A stretch of DNA of 64,000 nucleotides from NCBI GenBank assembly GCA_963699545.1, contig CAVOUE010000003.1:544001-608000 (forward strand), written 5' to 3'. Every line of letters starts with the position of its first letter. Positions within the stretch are counted from its first letter, which is position 1. The notes below the pieces were generated by a model. That model was not told the origin of the DNA. It did not search any database and saw nothing but the letters and a program-made list of their open reading frames with translations. The translations under genes were made by a program, and so were the position numbers. The DNA is from Nitrospirota bacterium. Lineage in GTDB: Bacteria > Nitrospirota > Thermodesulfovibrionia > Thermodesulfovibrionales > UBA9159. Shown in pieces: positions 11,401 through 22,431 of this stretch.

Positions 11401-13170
11401 TCACGCAGTGATGAACCCGTTCAACCACATGCTCTTTGCAGGATATTTCAGTTTCTTGATAGCCTTGACCTCAATCTGTCTGATCCGCTCCCGCGTGACA
11501 TCAAACTCCTCTCCGAGCTCTTCGAGGGTGTGGGGGGCATCTTCTCCTATTCCATACCTTAAGCGTATGATCCTCTGCTCCTTGGGACTGAGAGTGCAAA
11601 GAATCTGCTCAATGTGATGTTTGAGGTCGTCGTTCATGACGATATCGATGGGGGAAAGGGTTGTCCTGTCCTCGATAAAGTCCCTCAGGTGGATTTCCTC
11701 ATCCTCACCTGCAGGTGCTTCCAGGGACAAAGGTTCCTTTGATATTCTCAGGATAGCCCTGACCTTCTCCTCGGGGATATTCACCCGAACAGCAATCTCT
11801 TCTGAGCACGGCTCATATCCCAGCTCCTGCAAAAGCTCCCGTGAAGCTTTGACGATACGACTCCTCAGATCAATCAAGTGCACCGGGATCCGGATGGTCC
11901 GCGACTGATCGGCAAGGGCCCTGGTAATGGACTGCCTGATCCACCACGTGGCATAGGTGCTGAACTTGTATCCTCTCCGGTACTCGAACTTGTCCACAGC
12001 CCTCATCAGCCCGATGTTCCCCTCCTGGATGAGGTCAGGGAAACTGAGCCCCTTCCCGATATACCGCTTCGCGATGCTGATCACAAGCCTGAGATTGGCC
12101 TCGATCATCCCGCTTTTTGCAGCAGACATCTCTGTTTCTGCCTCTGAAAGGATCCCCATGACCTTCTTCATTTCGGCATAGCGGACGCCGACGGAGCGCT
12201 CGTAGTTCTTTATTTCAGCCATGGAGTTGCGGTATGACTTCATCGCTTCAATCCGGTTCGCATCGGCGATTCTCGATTTCCCCCTAGCTCTCCCCATGAC
12301 TTTCTCCGACGCTTTCTTTGGGAACGATTTTGCCGATCTCTGCCGACGCCCGCCGACGCTCCAGCCAAGGTCCAAAAGTGTTTTCTCAATACCTCTCATC
12401 TTCCGCAGAACATCTTCAATACGGTGCACGGTCTTCGCCAGTTCATCTGAAAATGTGTAAAGGACATCCTCTTTCAGACGTAAGGCCTTCACTCCTTCCA
12501 GGATCTTTTCTGTGTTGTTTTCGAGAAACCTGGTCGCCCGGGGGGCTGAGAACTTAAGAGCAGCGGCATTGTTCAGGAAAATTCTCTGCTTTTCCGGTCT
12601 GTCACCGTTCTTGCCGGCCTTTACCCCGGAAGAGCGGCCGCTTCCCGGTTGTTTTCCGGATAATTTCTTAAGGTAAGCGACCCTCCGGCGATAAAGGGAC
12701 CTGATACGCCCGATGAACAACAAAAATCTCCTTTTCTCATCTTCGGGGGTCTCTTCAGAGTCGCTCTCGGTCCGCGCAAACTCAGAAAGTGACGCCCCTC
12801 CGGCCCTGATCAGATTACCGTAACTGATCAGTTCCTCCAGTGCAAAGGGGAGAGCAAGGAGAGCCTTTGTGACCTTTTCTCTTCCCTTCTCGATCCGCCG
12901 CGCAAGTTCGACTTCGTCGTCTTTCTTTAGCAGAGGGAAGCCGCCCATCTCTTTGAGATACATTTTGACAGGATCATACTCGTCGCTGACAAAAGAGGGT
13001 TTTTCGCCTTCTCCCTGACCCTCCTCATGCAGACCGTTGCCTTCCTCCCAACGAAGCGCGGTATCCTCTGCGATGACCTCGTTGAAAGCCCCGGGGTGAT
13101 CGCCGTCAGCATACTCTCCAAGATACTGAAAATTCTCTATCCTCTGACTCACCGTGTCATATACATCCAT
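11401..13170 (-). CDS. RpoD/SigA-family sigma-70 factor
   Basis: [10 protein letters not shown] (1.2), [48 protein letters not shown]. Confidence 0.92.
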   Translation of the reverse strand: MDVYDTVSQRIENFQYLGEYADGDHPGAFNEVIAEDTALRWEEGNGLHEEGQGEGEKPSFVSDEYDPVKMYLKEMGGFPLLKKDDEVELARRIEKGREKVTKALLALPFALEELISYGNLIRAGGASLSEFARTESDSEETPEDEKRRFLLFIGRIRSLYRRRVAYLKKLSGKQPGSGRSSGVKAGKNGDRPEKQRIFLNNAAALKFSAPRATRFLENNTEKILEGVKALRLKEDVLYTFSDELAKTVHRIEDVLRKMRGIEKTLLDLGWSVGGRRQRSAKSFPKKASEKVMGRARGKSRIADANRIEAMKSYRNSMAEIKNYERSVGVRYAEMKKVMGILSEAETEMSAAKSGMIEANLRLVISIAKRYIGKGLSFPDLIQEGNIGLMRAVDKFEYRRGYKFSTYATWWIRQSITRALADQSRTIRIPVHLIDLRSRIVKASRELLQELGYEPCSEEIAVRVNIPEEKVRAILRISKEPLSLEAPAGEDEEIHLRDFIEDRTTLSPIDIVMNDDLKHHIEQILCTLSPKEQRIIRLRYGIGEDAPHTLEELGEEFDVTRERIRQIEVKAIKKLKYPAKSMWLNGFITA

Positions 13171-13401
13171 TGGCCGTTCCCCTTTCTTTAAAAGAGAATT
13201 GTTCTCACCATAATTGTCGTAACAAGCGCATTTTTTACGAGGAAGAGTTGCTCAATGGATTAACTTTAGAGCAATTGAAAGAAAAGAGAAATCAGCGGAA
13301 GACTGATTTTCTTGTAAGAAAATACTTTTCCCCCTGTAAGTGTTTGTCCTACAACATCACTGGGAGGTGGCGAAACCTTGTGAGGCGGAACTCCATAGGA
13401 T

Positions 13402-14034
13402 CTAATCTACCAATTTGTTCTGAATTGCGTAGTGGGTTAATTCAGCATTGTTCTTCATGTTCATCTTTTCAAGGATGCGAGCCCTATAGGTGCTGATGGT
13501 CTTGGCGCTCAGCGTCAGCTTCTCCGCGATCTCCCCCACGGTTTTTCCCGAAGCGATCATGCACAATACCTGGTATTCACGGTCTGAAAGCATTTCGTGA
13601 GCAGGCTTTGAGGCATCAACTTCAAGGTCAACAGCCAATTTCTCAGCCAGCGAGGGACTGACATACTTCTTCCCCTGCGCAACTTTGCGCAGTGCCACTA
13701 CCAGTTCATCCGGTGCACTCTCCTTTGTCAAATAGCCTGAAGCACCAGCCCGCAAAACCCGGACCGCATATTGCTCCTCGGGGTACATGCTTAAGACAAG
13801 GACAGGGAGTTTGGGGTTTTCCGTTTTCAGTTCTCTCAGGATATCGAGGCCGCTCTTGCCGGGCATGGAGATATCGAGCAAGAGGACGTCATACTGGCTT
13901 TGTTTCACCTTTTCCATCACTTCAAAGCCGTTGCTCGCTTCCCCTGTTACGACCATGTCCTGGGTCTCTGCCAGGATCTGCTTCAACCCCTTACGGACAA
14001 TGGTGTGATCATCGGCAATCAGAATATTTATCAT
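13402..14034 (-). CDS. NarL/LuxR-family response regulator
   Basis: ILIADDH receiver, DISMP, LSDREYQVL...TISTYRARILEK HTH. Confidence 0.93.
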   Translation of the reverse strand: MINILIADDHTIVRKGLKQILAETQDMVVTGEASNGFEVMEKVKQSQYDVLLLDISMPGKSGLDILRELKTENPKLPVLVLSMYPEEQYAVRVLRAGASGYLTKESAPDELVVALRKVAQGKKYVSPSLAEKLAVDLEVDASKPAHEMLSDREYQVLCMIASGKTVGEIAEKLTLSAKTISTYRARILEKMNMKNNAELTHYAIQNKLVD

Positions 14035-14108
14035 ACCCACACTATACTATACGGGAATAATAAAAGTGGAACATCGGGGAAATCCTGATAATTTTGTCAG
14101 TTCCTGTC

Positions 14109-16302
14109 CTACAAGCTCTTCCCATCACTATAGGCTGTTCTTTCGATGGGAATCGTTATAACCAGGGAAGTGCCTTTGTTCCGTGCCCCTGTTATTCTGA
14201 CCTCACCGCCAAAGAAATGGACCCTTTCCCGTATCCCGATGAGCCCGAAGGACTTGGGGTCGGTGAGCTGCTTTTCGGTGAGCCCTTTCCCGTTGTCCTC
14301 CACGCTTAAGAGGATACTCACCGTGTTTTTCTTCCAGGGATACCTTCACTTGTGTTGCCCCGGCATGGCGAATCACATTGGTCAGCGCTTCCTGAAGGAT
14401 GCGGAAAACGGCGGTAGAAATTCCCCTGTCCAAAATGATATCGTCAGGACGGAACGTAACCCGGCATTCGATGCCGGTCCTCTTCTGGAACTCCTCCGCC
14501 TGCCATTCGATGGCCGCGACGAGACCGAGGTCGTCCAGAACCACGGGCCGCAAGTCCGAGGAGATCCTCTTCACCGTGCGGATAGTGGCATCTATGAGTT
14601 TTATCATCGCTTTTGTTTTTTCCGAAAGGGGTTCGTACTCCTTATATTTGTTTCGGAGCCACGATATGTCCATCTTCAGGGCGGTCAATGATTGGCCCAG
14701 TTCATCATGGATCTCACGGGCAATGCTTGTCCTCTCCCGCTCTCTCACCGTATTCAGGTGTGCGGAAAGATTGCGCAGCTGTTCCCGGGAAGACCTCAGG
14801 CGTTCTTCCACAAGCTTGCGCTCGGTGATATCCTGGACCGTTCCTACCATTCGGACCGGCTCACCGGCATCATTGAATGTCACTTCCCCCTGTTCGTGTA
14901 CTATTTTCACTCTTCCATTCTGCAGAACAATACGGTGCTCAATGCCGTATGGTCTTGTCCCCTGCAATGCCTCATTGATGGCTTTCTTTACCCCCTCCCT
15001 GTCGTCCGGGTGGACATAGTTTAAAAAGGCGACATAGGTTGTTCCGAACTGTTCAGGGTCGGTTCCGAAAATCTGATAGATTTCATCTGACCAGTGCAGA
15101 TCGTTTGTCAGTATATCCCACTCCCAGTTTCCCAGGCTCGCGATCCTCTGTGCCTCTGAAAGGCGCTTTTCACTCCTCTGAAGCGCTTCATAATTTCTCC
15201 TGAGTTCGTCTTCGATGGAAAACCTGTAGAGGGCTTCTCCGATGAGAGGGGATATCAATTCAATGAACTCTACGATCTTCAGGGAGACCATCCCCGCCTT
15301 CTCATCCGCAAGATGGACGGCGCCCAGTATGCTTCCACGGTACCGCACGGGAATAACGGCAACAGAAGTAAACCCGTTGCGGACACATACGTGGCGGTAC
15401 CTTTCCTTGTCCCTTCCCGCCAGCGATTCCATAAATTTCGATGTGTTATTGGAATAAAATGAACCGTATGGTGTCATTGCGGACATCTCCTGAAGATCAG
15501 GCGTTGCTTTGATAACCCGGATACAGACGCACTGGTTTTCTTCTGTGGAGAGACAGTTCTCCAGCTCCCAGAACTCCTCACTAAACCCGGCGTACGACTC
15601 ATACGGTATTTGTTCATGTGCGTCCTTGACCCTGATGCCGGTGCAGCGGCACCCGCTCCATGTGCGGATAAGATCCACTACCGCGTCCAGATATTCTTTC
15701 CGGGACAGCGACCGTGAGAACAACCTCAGGAGTTCATTGTTCGCTGTGATACGCTTCTCCGCTGCCTTGCGCTCGGTAATTTCAGCCTGCAATTCCTTGT
15801 TGGTTGCTGCAAGTTCCGCGGTTCTCTCCAGAACGTGGATCTCCAGTTCGTCGAGCGCCTTCTTCAGCGCTTCTTCTGCCTGTTTGCGCTGGGTGATGTC
15901 AATATGATAAATACGGATAAGGTTGCTTTCTCGGACGTGATGAGTGGCCTGTTCATACCAGGTCTCATCGATCTTGATCTCGCGAACATGCGAATTCCTC
16001 TGATTGTTTTTAAATGGAGCAAGCAGTGTTTCAAAGTTCTGAAGCAGAGAATGCTGAATCCCGAGTTTTGCCAGGTCGGGAAACGTCTCCCTCGCAGAGG
16101 GGTTCGCATAGAGAACTTCTCCTGCAAGGTCCACTTCGATAATGGCATTCGGATTCAGTTCGGGGAAGGAAGCAAGCTTACGATGCTCCTGTTCCGTGAC
16201 CTTGCGACCGGTCACCGTCTTGTTGGATGTCAGGGGCGTCAGTGGGGCCTTCGCTCTAGCGGTTTTCGCTCTTTTTCTTGCCGGGTCCTTCTGATCGCTC
16301 AT
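14109..16302 (-). CDS. PAS/GAF sensor histidine kinase, HisKA_3 type (frameshift near 14325)
   Basis: PAS repeats, IAREIHDELGQ, FRILQEALTNV; the C-terminal VEDNGKG...FGLIGIRER lies in a shifted frame (14109-14321). Confidence 0.88.
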
Positions 16303-16681
16303 GGCTTGAAGATCCCCTTTCTGTGAATCTGGTTCCGGCACAAGACGGTGAAATCCGTGCCCGGTTGCTCACCGCATCTCCCATGGCAGCGATGATCGCC
16401 TGGGTTTTTGCTTTCTCCTTCTCACCCTCACAAGGGATGCTGCCCGCAGATACACCCTCCACACTGTTGACGATGAAGCCCCTCTGTTACCGGTGGAATG
16501 AAATAGTATATCAAATCGGGCTCCCCGACCACAAATCCCCCGGTCCTGTATGCGACGCCTCAAGTGGAAATGACGGTCCCGCCCGTTTGGAGAGAGGGCT
16601 CCTCGGCTGCGACAGAACGGCTTGGCCTTCCTTCGAATGAAGCGTTCCTTAATGTAGTATAATGCTGACGTAGGATACTGT

Positions 16682-17590
16682 ATGACGATTCTCTACGGTG
16701 TTGTGGTGCACGGGGGGGTTGGATCTCCCGCCGAATTGTCGGATGGCTGCAAAGCCGCGTGTGAGTCGGTATTCCCCCTCCTTGAAGCCGGAATGTCTGC
16801 CCTCGATGCGGCAGTCGAAGCTGTCAGGATTCTTGAAGATGACGGCAGGTTCAATGCGGGAAGCGGATCTGCCCTTCGTCTTGACGGCAGAACCATTGAG
16901 ATGGATGCAGGCGTTATGGATTCGAAAAACAATATCGGGATGGTGATCTCTGTAAGAGGGGTGAAGAACCCTGTGCTTGTGGCCAGGGCAGTCGTGCATA
17001 CCCCTCATGTCGCGCTGTCGGGGCTGGGCGCCTCTGCCTTCGCAAGGAAGCAGGGGTTCCCGCCTTTTTATCAGGTTTCGCCCCGTTCCCTGGAGCGATT
17101 TAAAAAGATACGGGAATTGATAGAGGAGGGCAAACTGGGTCAAGAGAATCCGCGCTGGCAGGGGTATGATGTGGAATCCCTCTGGAATTTTGAAGATATC
17201 TCTTACAGGGACCTCTTCCGCTGCGATACTGTCGGAGCGGTCGCGCTGGACAGGGAAGGGAACACGGCGGTGGCAAATTCCACAGGGGGCGCTTCCCCCA
17301 TGATGCTGGGGAGAGTGGGGGACAGCCCCCTGACAGGCTGCGGATTCTATGCCGGGCCTGCATGCGCAGTGGCTGCCACCGGCATCGGTGAGGAGATCAT
17401 AAAGCGGATGCTGACCAAAACGGTGTACGACATCGTCGCCGCCGGTGTGGAGATTAACGATGCCTGCAAGAAGGGAGTTTCTTTGTTTCCTCCCGAAATT
17501 GCGGCCGGCCTCATCGGCATATCAAAGAAAGGGTATGCTGTGGAGTCGAACAGGGACATGGCGCATTATGTCATGCTGAAAGAGCGGTAG
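16682..17590 (+). CDS. iaaA: Isoaspartyl peptidase/L-asparaginase (Ntn hydrolase)
   Basis: VVHGG, FNAGSGS, DTVGAVA, STGG, GRVGDSP. Confidence 0.9.
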   Translation: MTILYGVVVHGGVGSPAELSDGCKAACESVFPLLEAGMSALDAAVEAVRILEDDGRFNAGSGSALRLDGRTIEMDAGVMDSKNNIGMVISVRGVKNPVLVARAVVHTPHVALSGLGASAFARKQGFPPFYQVSPRSLERFKKIRELIEEGKLGQENPRWQGYDVESLWNFEDISYRDLFRCDTVGAVALDREGNTAVANSTGGASPMMLGRVGDSPLTGCGFYAGPACAVAATGIGEEIIKRMLTKTVYDIVAAGVEINDACKKGVSLFPPEIAAGLIGISKKGYAVESNRDMAHYVMLKER

Positions 17591-17622
17591 TCTAAAAGAC
17601 TTCAAGGGGCATCACGCATTCG

Positions 17623-19096
17623 CTATCTCAGGTTCCTGAGCAGCGTTTCAAATACCGCGTCCGCTCCCCATAGCGTAGAGTCAATGGGGTGGGTGTTCTT
17701 GTTTTTCCTGTACCTGCCATTCAGCCTGGAATATTCAATGAAGGCCCGTGGCGTCAGGTCCCACCCCCTCTTGTTAAGGAGCTGGGCCTTGTCAGCCGGC
17801 GTCAGCTTCTCCCATGGCAGGGTGTGCCCCTTGTAACCTACAAGCCTTTCCCACGTTTCCGGATAGGTGTCTTTAAGAAATTCCATGTATCTGTATGAAT
17901 AGTCCCTTGCCCTTGCCCTGTTTTCATCATTGTGGTCAGGGTCATTCTTTTTCCCGAAGAGTTTTGACATAGAGGTATGCTGTGCATTGGTGATCCCCTT
18001 GTGCGTTGCCAGGTCCTGGATTCCATGAAGGACATAGCCGAGAAAGAATAACCCGGAGCGGACATCTTTTCCCGTGCTCCGAACCAGCCTGCGAGAGAGG
18101 TCTCTCATCCATCGTACATAGTTTCCTTCTGCCTGTTCTCTGGATTCAATGGTTCTTCCTTCGTTATCGTTGTCTGTCTGGGCGTGGGCGGCAGGGGTGT
18201 ACCAGTCATAAAAGTCCGGGTCTTGGGAGGCATCGCCAGCCACCTCCACGGCATTGCCGGAAAAACCGGATGCTCTCAGGATATCTCCCGTGATTTCACA
18301 GTGGCCTGGCTCCCAGTCACCCGTTATTCGGGAGAGCCAGCCCCCCGAGGGAAGTCGCGTCTTTCTCATATTGACCTTTCTGCCGCGCAGCCTGAGATAT
18401 TTTTCAAGAGCCAAGGCCTTTGAACCGGCAGTGTTTTCGGGAAAGATCTCCCAGAGATGGTGATGATTAAAGCAGTAATAGGGTTTATATTGGAAGGACT
18501 GGCCGGGAATGGTGAGCTTATCCGCCTCAGGCATTCGGGAGGGTACAGTGTCGAGTGTGCTTTCGAGGATGCACCATTGTCCTGACTCGTTCTTGTATGC
18601 GGGCCAACAGTGGCCCCCCAGGGATCTGCCGTTTTCGTCGAACACTTCGCCCAGGACCACGCGGACACAGAAAGGACTTATTCCGCATGTGATGAGGAGG
18701 CTTGCAAGGAGCAAACTCGCGTCCTGACAGTCTCCCCTTTCTCAGGGCACAGACTTCAGGGGGAAAGAGCCAGAAGTCTTCTTCCCCCCGCTTCTCGCTA
18801 TCATGTACGTAGCTCACATTCCGCGCGATGAAATCCCAGAGGATCATTGCCCGCTTGTCAAAATCACCCGGTCCTCTGCTTGTGGGCAGTCCTTTCTCGT
18901 TCACAAGTCTTCTGACGATCCCTTTCAAAATATTGTTGTCCTCAAAGGAGATCCACTCCCTGATATCAGTCTTGATCTGCGTGTCAGGACTCCCGATAAC
19001 AAACCGCTTGTCCTCAGTGATGGTGTCCTGGATTATCAGGTCTCCTTCCCAGCGATAGGAGAGTGTATTTACTCTTTCTCGGATGCTTCCGGGCAT
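17623..19096 (-). CDS. Transglutaminase-like domain fused to a Zn-dependent phospholipase C/S1-P1-like domain (frameshift near 18735)
   Basis: Rejoined frames give FWLFPPEVCALRKGDCQD...GHCW...ILEST, then WEPGH...DPD...HAQ...LHGIQD...H. Confidence 0.6.
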
Positions 19097-19481
19097 CGGG
19101 GTCTCCTGCAATGTTTGACGGCAATGAGCAGGGCAACGGCACTGATGGATACGCAGATTGCCTCACTTTTCCTTTTGTGCATGACTGCTCTCCTTAAGGG
19201 GGGCGCCGAAGCCGCAAGGACAGATATCGGCGGAGAACTCTGCGGCTCCGGTAACCCGGTTTCCAGGATAGTATCGCAGGAGAGCGCAGTGGCTGGCTAT
19301 ACATTTCTTGCTTTTCTTTCTGCAGATATTGCTGTTTTATAACGTTATAATGACATGTGAAGGTGCAGAAGATGATGATATCAGCGCATGAGGCAAAGGG
19401 ATAAAGCGAGAAAGAGGTTCTCCATGTGGAGGCGGTGAGGTGAGAGCGTGTATACCGGCGGGCGACCGCGCAAAGAGTCCG

Positions 19482-20951
19482 TTATGGCGAGAGAGCTTCC
19501 CCCGGCTTCAGTGACTGTTGTATCTGATCCAGTCCTTTCCTTGCCTTGGCGTTCTCCGGGTCCAGTCTCAGGGCCTTTTCGAACTGGTGCTGCGCCCTTT
19601 TACTGAGTCCCGCTTTGAGGTAGAGGTGACCGAGGTTTGCATAGTGCTCACCGCTGAAAGGCTCCAGTTTGATCGCCTGAAGAAGTGCCTCCTCGGCCTC
19701 TTTCAGCCTGTTTGGTATCTTGCTGAGGGAAAGGGAGAGATAGCTCCAAGCCTTCGGGTTTTTCGGAAAATTCCTTGTCACCAACCTGAAAAGTTCAGCT
19801 GCTCCCCAGTAGTTTCCCCTCTTGAACTCTTCAACCCCCCTCCTGAACTGTTCCTCTAAAAGGGCGGCATGGGTATCCTCGGACTCTTTTTTTACCGTTC
19901 CAAGGGAACGGAAATACTCAGACCTCTTCGCTTCATCCTTCACGGTGTCGTATGCCTTCGTGGCAACATCGAAGATGGCGGCGACCTTACTTTTCAACTC
20001 AATGTCGTCTGAATGATGGACCCTGTCAGGATGAAACTCTTTTACCAGCCGGTAATAGTTCCTTTTTATCTCCTCGAGGGGTGAATGCTCATTGATCTGG
20101 AGCAGGTCGGCAGGGCTCATATCATGGAGTTTTTCGTGCAATTCGTCCACTTTTTGCTTCAAGGCCTCCTCATCTTGCGCCACGGATTCCAGGATCTCCT
20201 CTCCGATGTTGACGGTCCCTTCTTGTGCCTTGCCGGGCATTTCCCTCTCGACGATGAACCCCGTTGACCACAGGACATAGAGGGTCTTCATCACATCAAA
20301 GGAATTCACGCGGGATTCCTCTATTAACTGATTAATGCTCCTTTTCCCGTCCACGAGGGAGAGGATGGTTCTGTCAAGGGAGGACAGATCGATCCCCTTA
20401 GAAATACCCGCGTGATCTTCATTCAGTCTGAAGACGGTCTTTACATCGGGCATCTCCTTCCGGATGTTCGTTATCGTGCCGATCCGGCTGACCCCTTCGC
20501 AGATGAGGTTGTTCATGCTGATCTTCAGGGTAATGACCTCATCAGGGGGGACGGCGTTCTCATTGAATTCGTATTCGCCATCCTCGATCTGGAAGATACT
20601 GCAGATGATCTCTTTCACCTGATACTTGACACCCCAGAAAAGGTCCTTTGGTGTTATATACCCAAGGTCTACCAGGATGGCGCCCTGCCGTTTCTTCGAA
20701 GTTTTCAGGAACTTCGCAGACGTATCGTACTGCTCCAGGCTGATCTTGCCGGCCTTTACCAGCATCTCCCCCAGCCTGTCATCCTCGAAAGTGGAAGAGG
20801 CAAAGATGACGCTGCCGTCCCTCACATAGATGCTCTTTGTGAAACGCGGGGTGGTAACGGCAAGGGTCCCGGTTGCCTTGTCCCTGTTGAGTTCGTTCAG
20901 GATCTTCGGTAGGCTGAACTCTTTAAGATTTCCCCTGTGCGGTATGTTCAT
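19482..20951 (-). CDS. DUF4388 + DnaJ + TPR domain protein
   Basis: GNLKEFSLPKIL...RLGEML; YYRLVKEFHPD J-domain; C-terminal TPRs. Confidence 0.85.
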   Translation of the reverse strand: MNIPHRGNLKEFSLPKILNELNRDKATGTLAVTTPRFTKSIYVRDGSVIFASSTFEDDRLGEMLVKAGKISLEQYDTSAKFLKTSKKRQGAILVDLGYITPKDLFWGVKYQVKEIICSIFQIEDGEYEFNENAVPPDEVITLKISMNNLICEGVSRIGTITNIRKEMPDVKTVFRLNEDHAGISKGIDLSSLDRTILSLVDGKRSINQLIEESRVNSFDVMKTLYVLWSTGFIVEREMPGKAQEGTVNIGEEILESVAQDEEALKQKVDELHEKLHDMSPADLLQINEHSPLEEIKRNYYRLVKEFHPDRVHHSDDIELKSKVAAIFDVATKAYDTVKDEAKRSEYFRSLGTVKKESEDTHAALLEEQFRRGVEEFKRGNYWGAAELFRLVTRNFPKNPKAWSYLSLSLSKIPNRLKEAEEALLQAIKLEPFSGEHYANLGHLYLKAGLSKRAQHQFEKALRLDPENAKARKGLDQIQQSLKPGEALSP

Positions 20952-21457
20952 CAATGAAACCTTCTCACCTCGAACCGATATATTTCGGCGTCTTCATCCT
21001 GCCCCATCCCTGCCTTCATCTTTGCGATCCTGATCTGTTCTTCCGCGGTGTCCACCCCCTCAAGGTCAGGCAGGAGGAGTCCTTTCATTCCTCCTTTGAC
21101 AACGATCACCCCATATTTCCCGGGATCCAGGTCCCGCACGTCATGTATCTTTTCCGGGGGAGAGAGGATATCCACAGAGTATTCCAGGGAAGGGAGCTCA
21201 TCCTTCCCTACAGGCAAGAAACGGGGATCCTGCGTCGCGGCCGATATGGCATTTCGTATGGTCTCATCAGCCACCGTGCCGTAGCAGGGCATGAAGGTCC
21301 CGATACATCCCTTCAGCTGGCCGTGCATTTTCAGGCAGACGAAGACCCCGGCCTTTTCGCTCATCTCCGGGCTGAGGTCTTTCGGTACGGGAAGCGTTTT
21401 CCCGTACCGGATATATTCCTCAACCGCTTTCTTTGCCAGTTCAACAACAGGGTGCAT
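20951..21457 (-). CDS. AMMECR1-family protein (AmmeMemoRadiSam protein A)
   Basis: GVFVCL..LKGCIGT, DPRF, GLLLPDLEG. Confidence 0.9.
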   Translation of the reverse strand: MHPVVELAKKAVEEYIRYGKTLPVPKDLSPEMSEKAGVFVCLKMHGQLKGCIGTFMPCYGTVADETIRNAISAATQDPRFLPVGKDELPSLEYSVDILSPPEKIHDVRDLDPGKYGVIVVKGGMKGLLLPDLEGVDTAEEQIRIAKMKAGMGQDEDAEIYRFEVRRFH

Positions 21458-22431
21458 TATCTGTCCCTTTCAAGGGCATAATCTGATATTCCCATCAGGG
21501 CATCTTTCCCGGGTGAGGGGGGGAAGAGGTTCAGTTCGCTCTTTGCTTCCCTGACCAGTTCGCGCGCAATCCTGTGGGATTTTTCTATGACGCTGTGCGT
21601 TTCAAAAAGGAGGAGGATTCTCTTTAGGTCGTGCTCATCCGAGACGCCATTTTTTATGATTTTCTTTGTTTCCGCCGCTTCTTCAGCACCGGCAACGCCG
21701 AGGAGGTATATGAGGGGCAGGGTGATCTTGCCTTCTTCGAGGTCCTTCCCGAGCTTTTTCCCAAGTCCTTTTTCGTCGGCCATATAATCGAGGATATCAT
21801 CCACCATCTGAAACGCCATGCCGATCTTCATTCCGAATCTCGCCAGGGCATCTTCCTTCTCTCCGGAAAGCCCGCCGATGATACCCCCTATTCTGCATGC
21901 CGCAGATATGAGGGCGCCGGTCTTTGCAGAGATAATCCGGTAGTATTCTTCTTCCGTTATCTCGGGGTCTGCCACCCTGTTCAACTGGAGGACCTCTCCC
22001 TCTGTCATCATGGTGGTTGCCTCTGAAAGGGCCTCCATCACCCTCTGATCCCTCTGGAGCACCGCCAGCCTGAGGGCGTTGGAATAGAGGAAGTCGCCCA
22101 CAAGGATAACAATCTGATTGCCCCAGAGCTTATGCGCTGTCTGCTTTCCTCGCCTCAATTCGGCGCCATCCACCACATCATCGTGAAGGAGGGACGCAGT
22201 ATGGATGGCCTCAATGATGCTGGCGAGAACGATCCTGTTCTCGCCCCTGTATCCGGCAAGGTCGGCACTCAGGAGAAGGAAAAGAGGCCTCAGTCTCTTG
22301 CCGCCTCCCCCTACGATATGCTCGCCGATCAAGGGCAACAGGGGGGCGTCACTGGAAAATATCTCTTTCAGATTCTTTTCCACCATGGTGAGGTCATGTT
22401 TGTACAGGGGGAAAATATCGTGGATTGTCAT
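21457..22431 (-). CDS. ispB: Polyprenyl (octaprenyl-like) diphosphate synthase
   Basis: GGKRLRP, LLHDDVVD, FQMVDDILD. Confidence 0.88.
   Translation of the reverse strand: MTIHDIFPLYKHDLTMVEKNLKEIFSSDAPLLPLIGEHIVGGGGKRLRPLFLLLSADLAGYRGENRIVLASIIEAIHTASLLHDDVVDGAELRRGKQTAHKLWGNQIVILVGDFLYSNALRLAVLQRDQRVMEALSEATTMMTEGEVLQLNRVADPEITEEEYYRIISAKTGALISAACRIGGIIGGLSGEKEDALARFGMKIGMAFQMVDDILDYMADEKGLGKKLGKDLEEGKITLPLIYLLGVAGAEEAAETKKIIKNGVSDEHDLKRILLLFETHSVIEKSHRIARELVREAKSELNLFPPSPGKDALMGISDYALERDR

Noticed and set aside
19069-19182. 37-aa upstream ORF (MHKRKSEAIC...) with an RBS before the transglutaminase-like gene
   Set aside because: No motif or conservation evidence; the downstream gene has its own RBS
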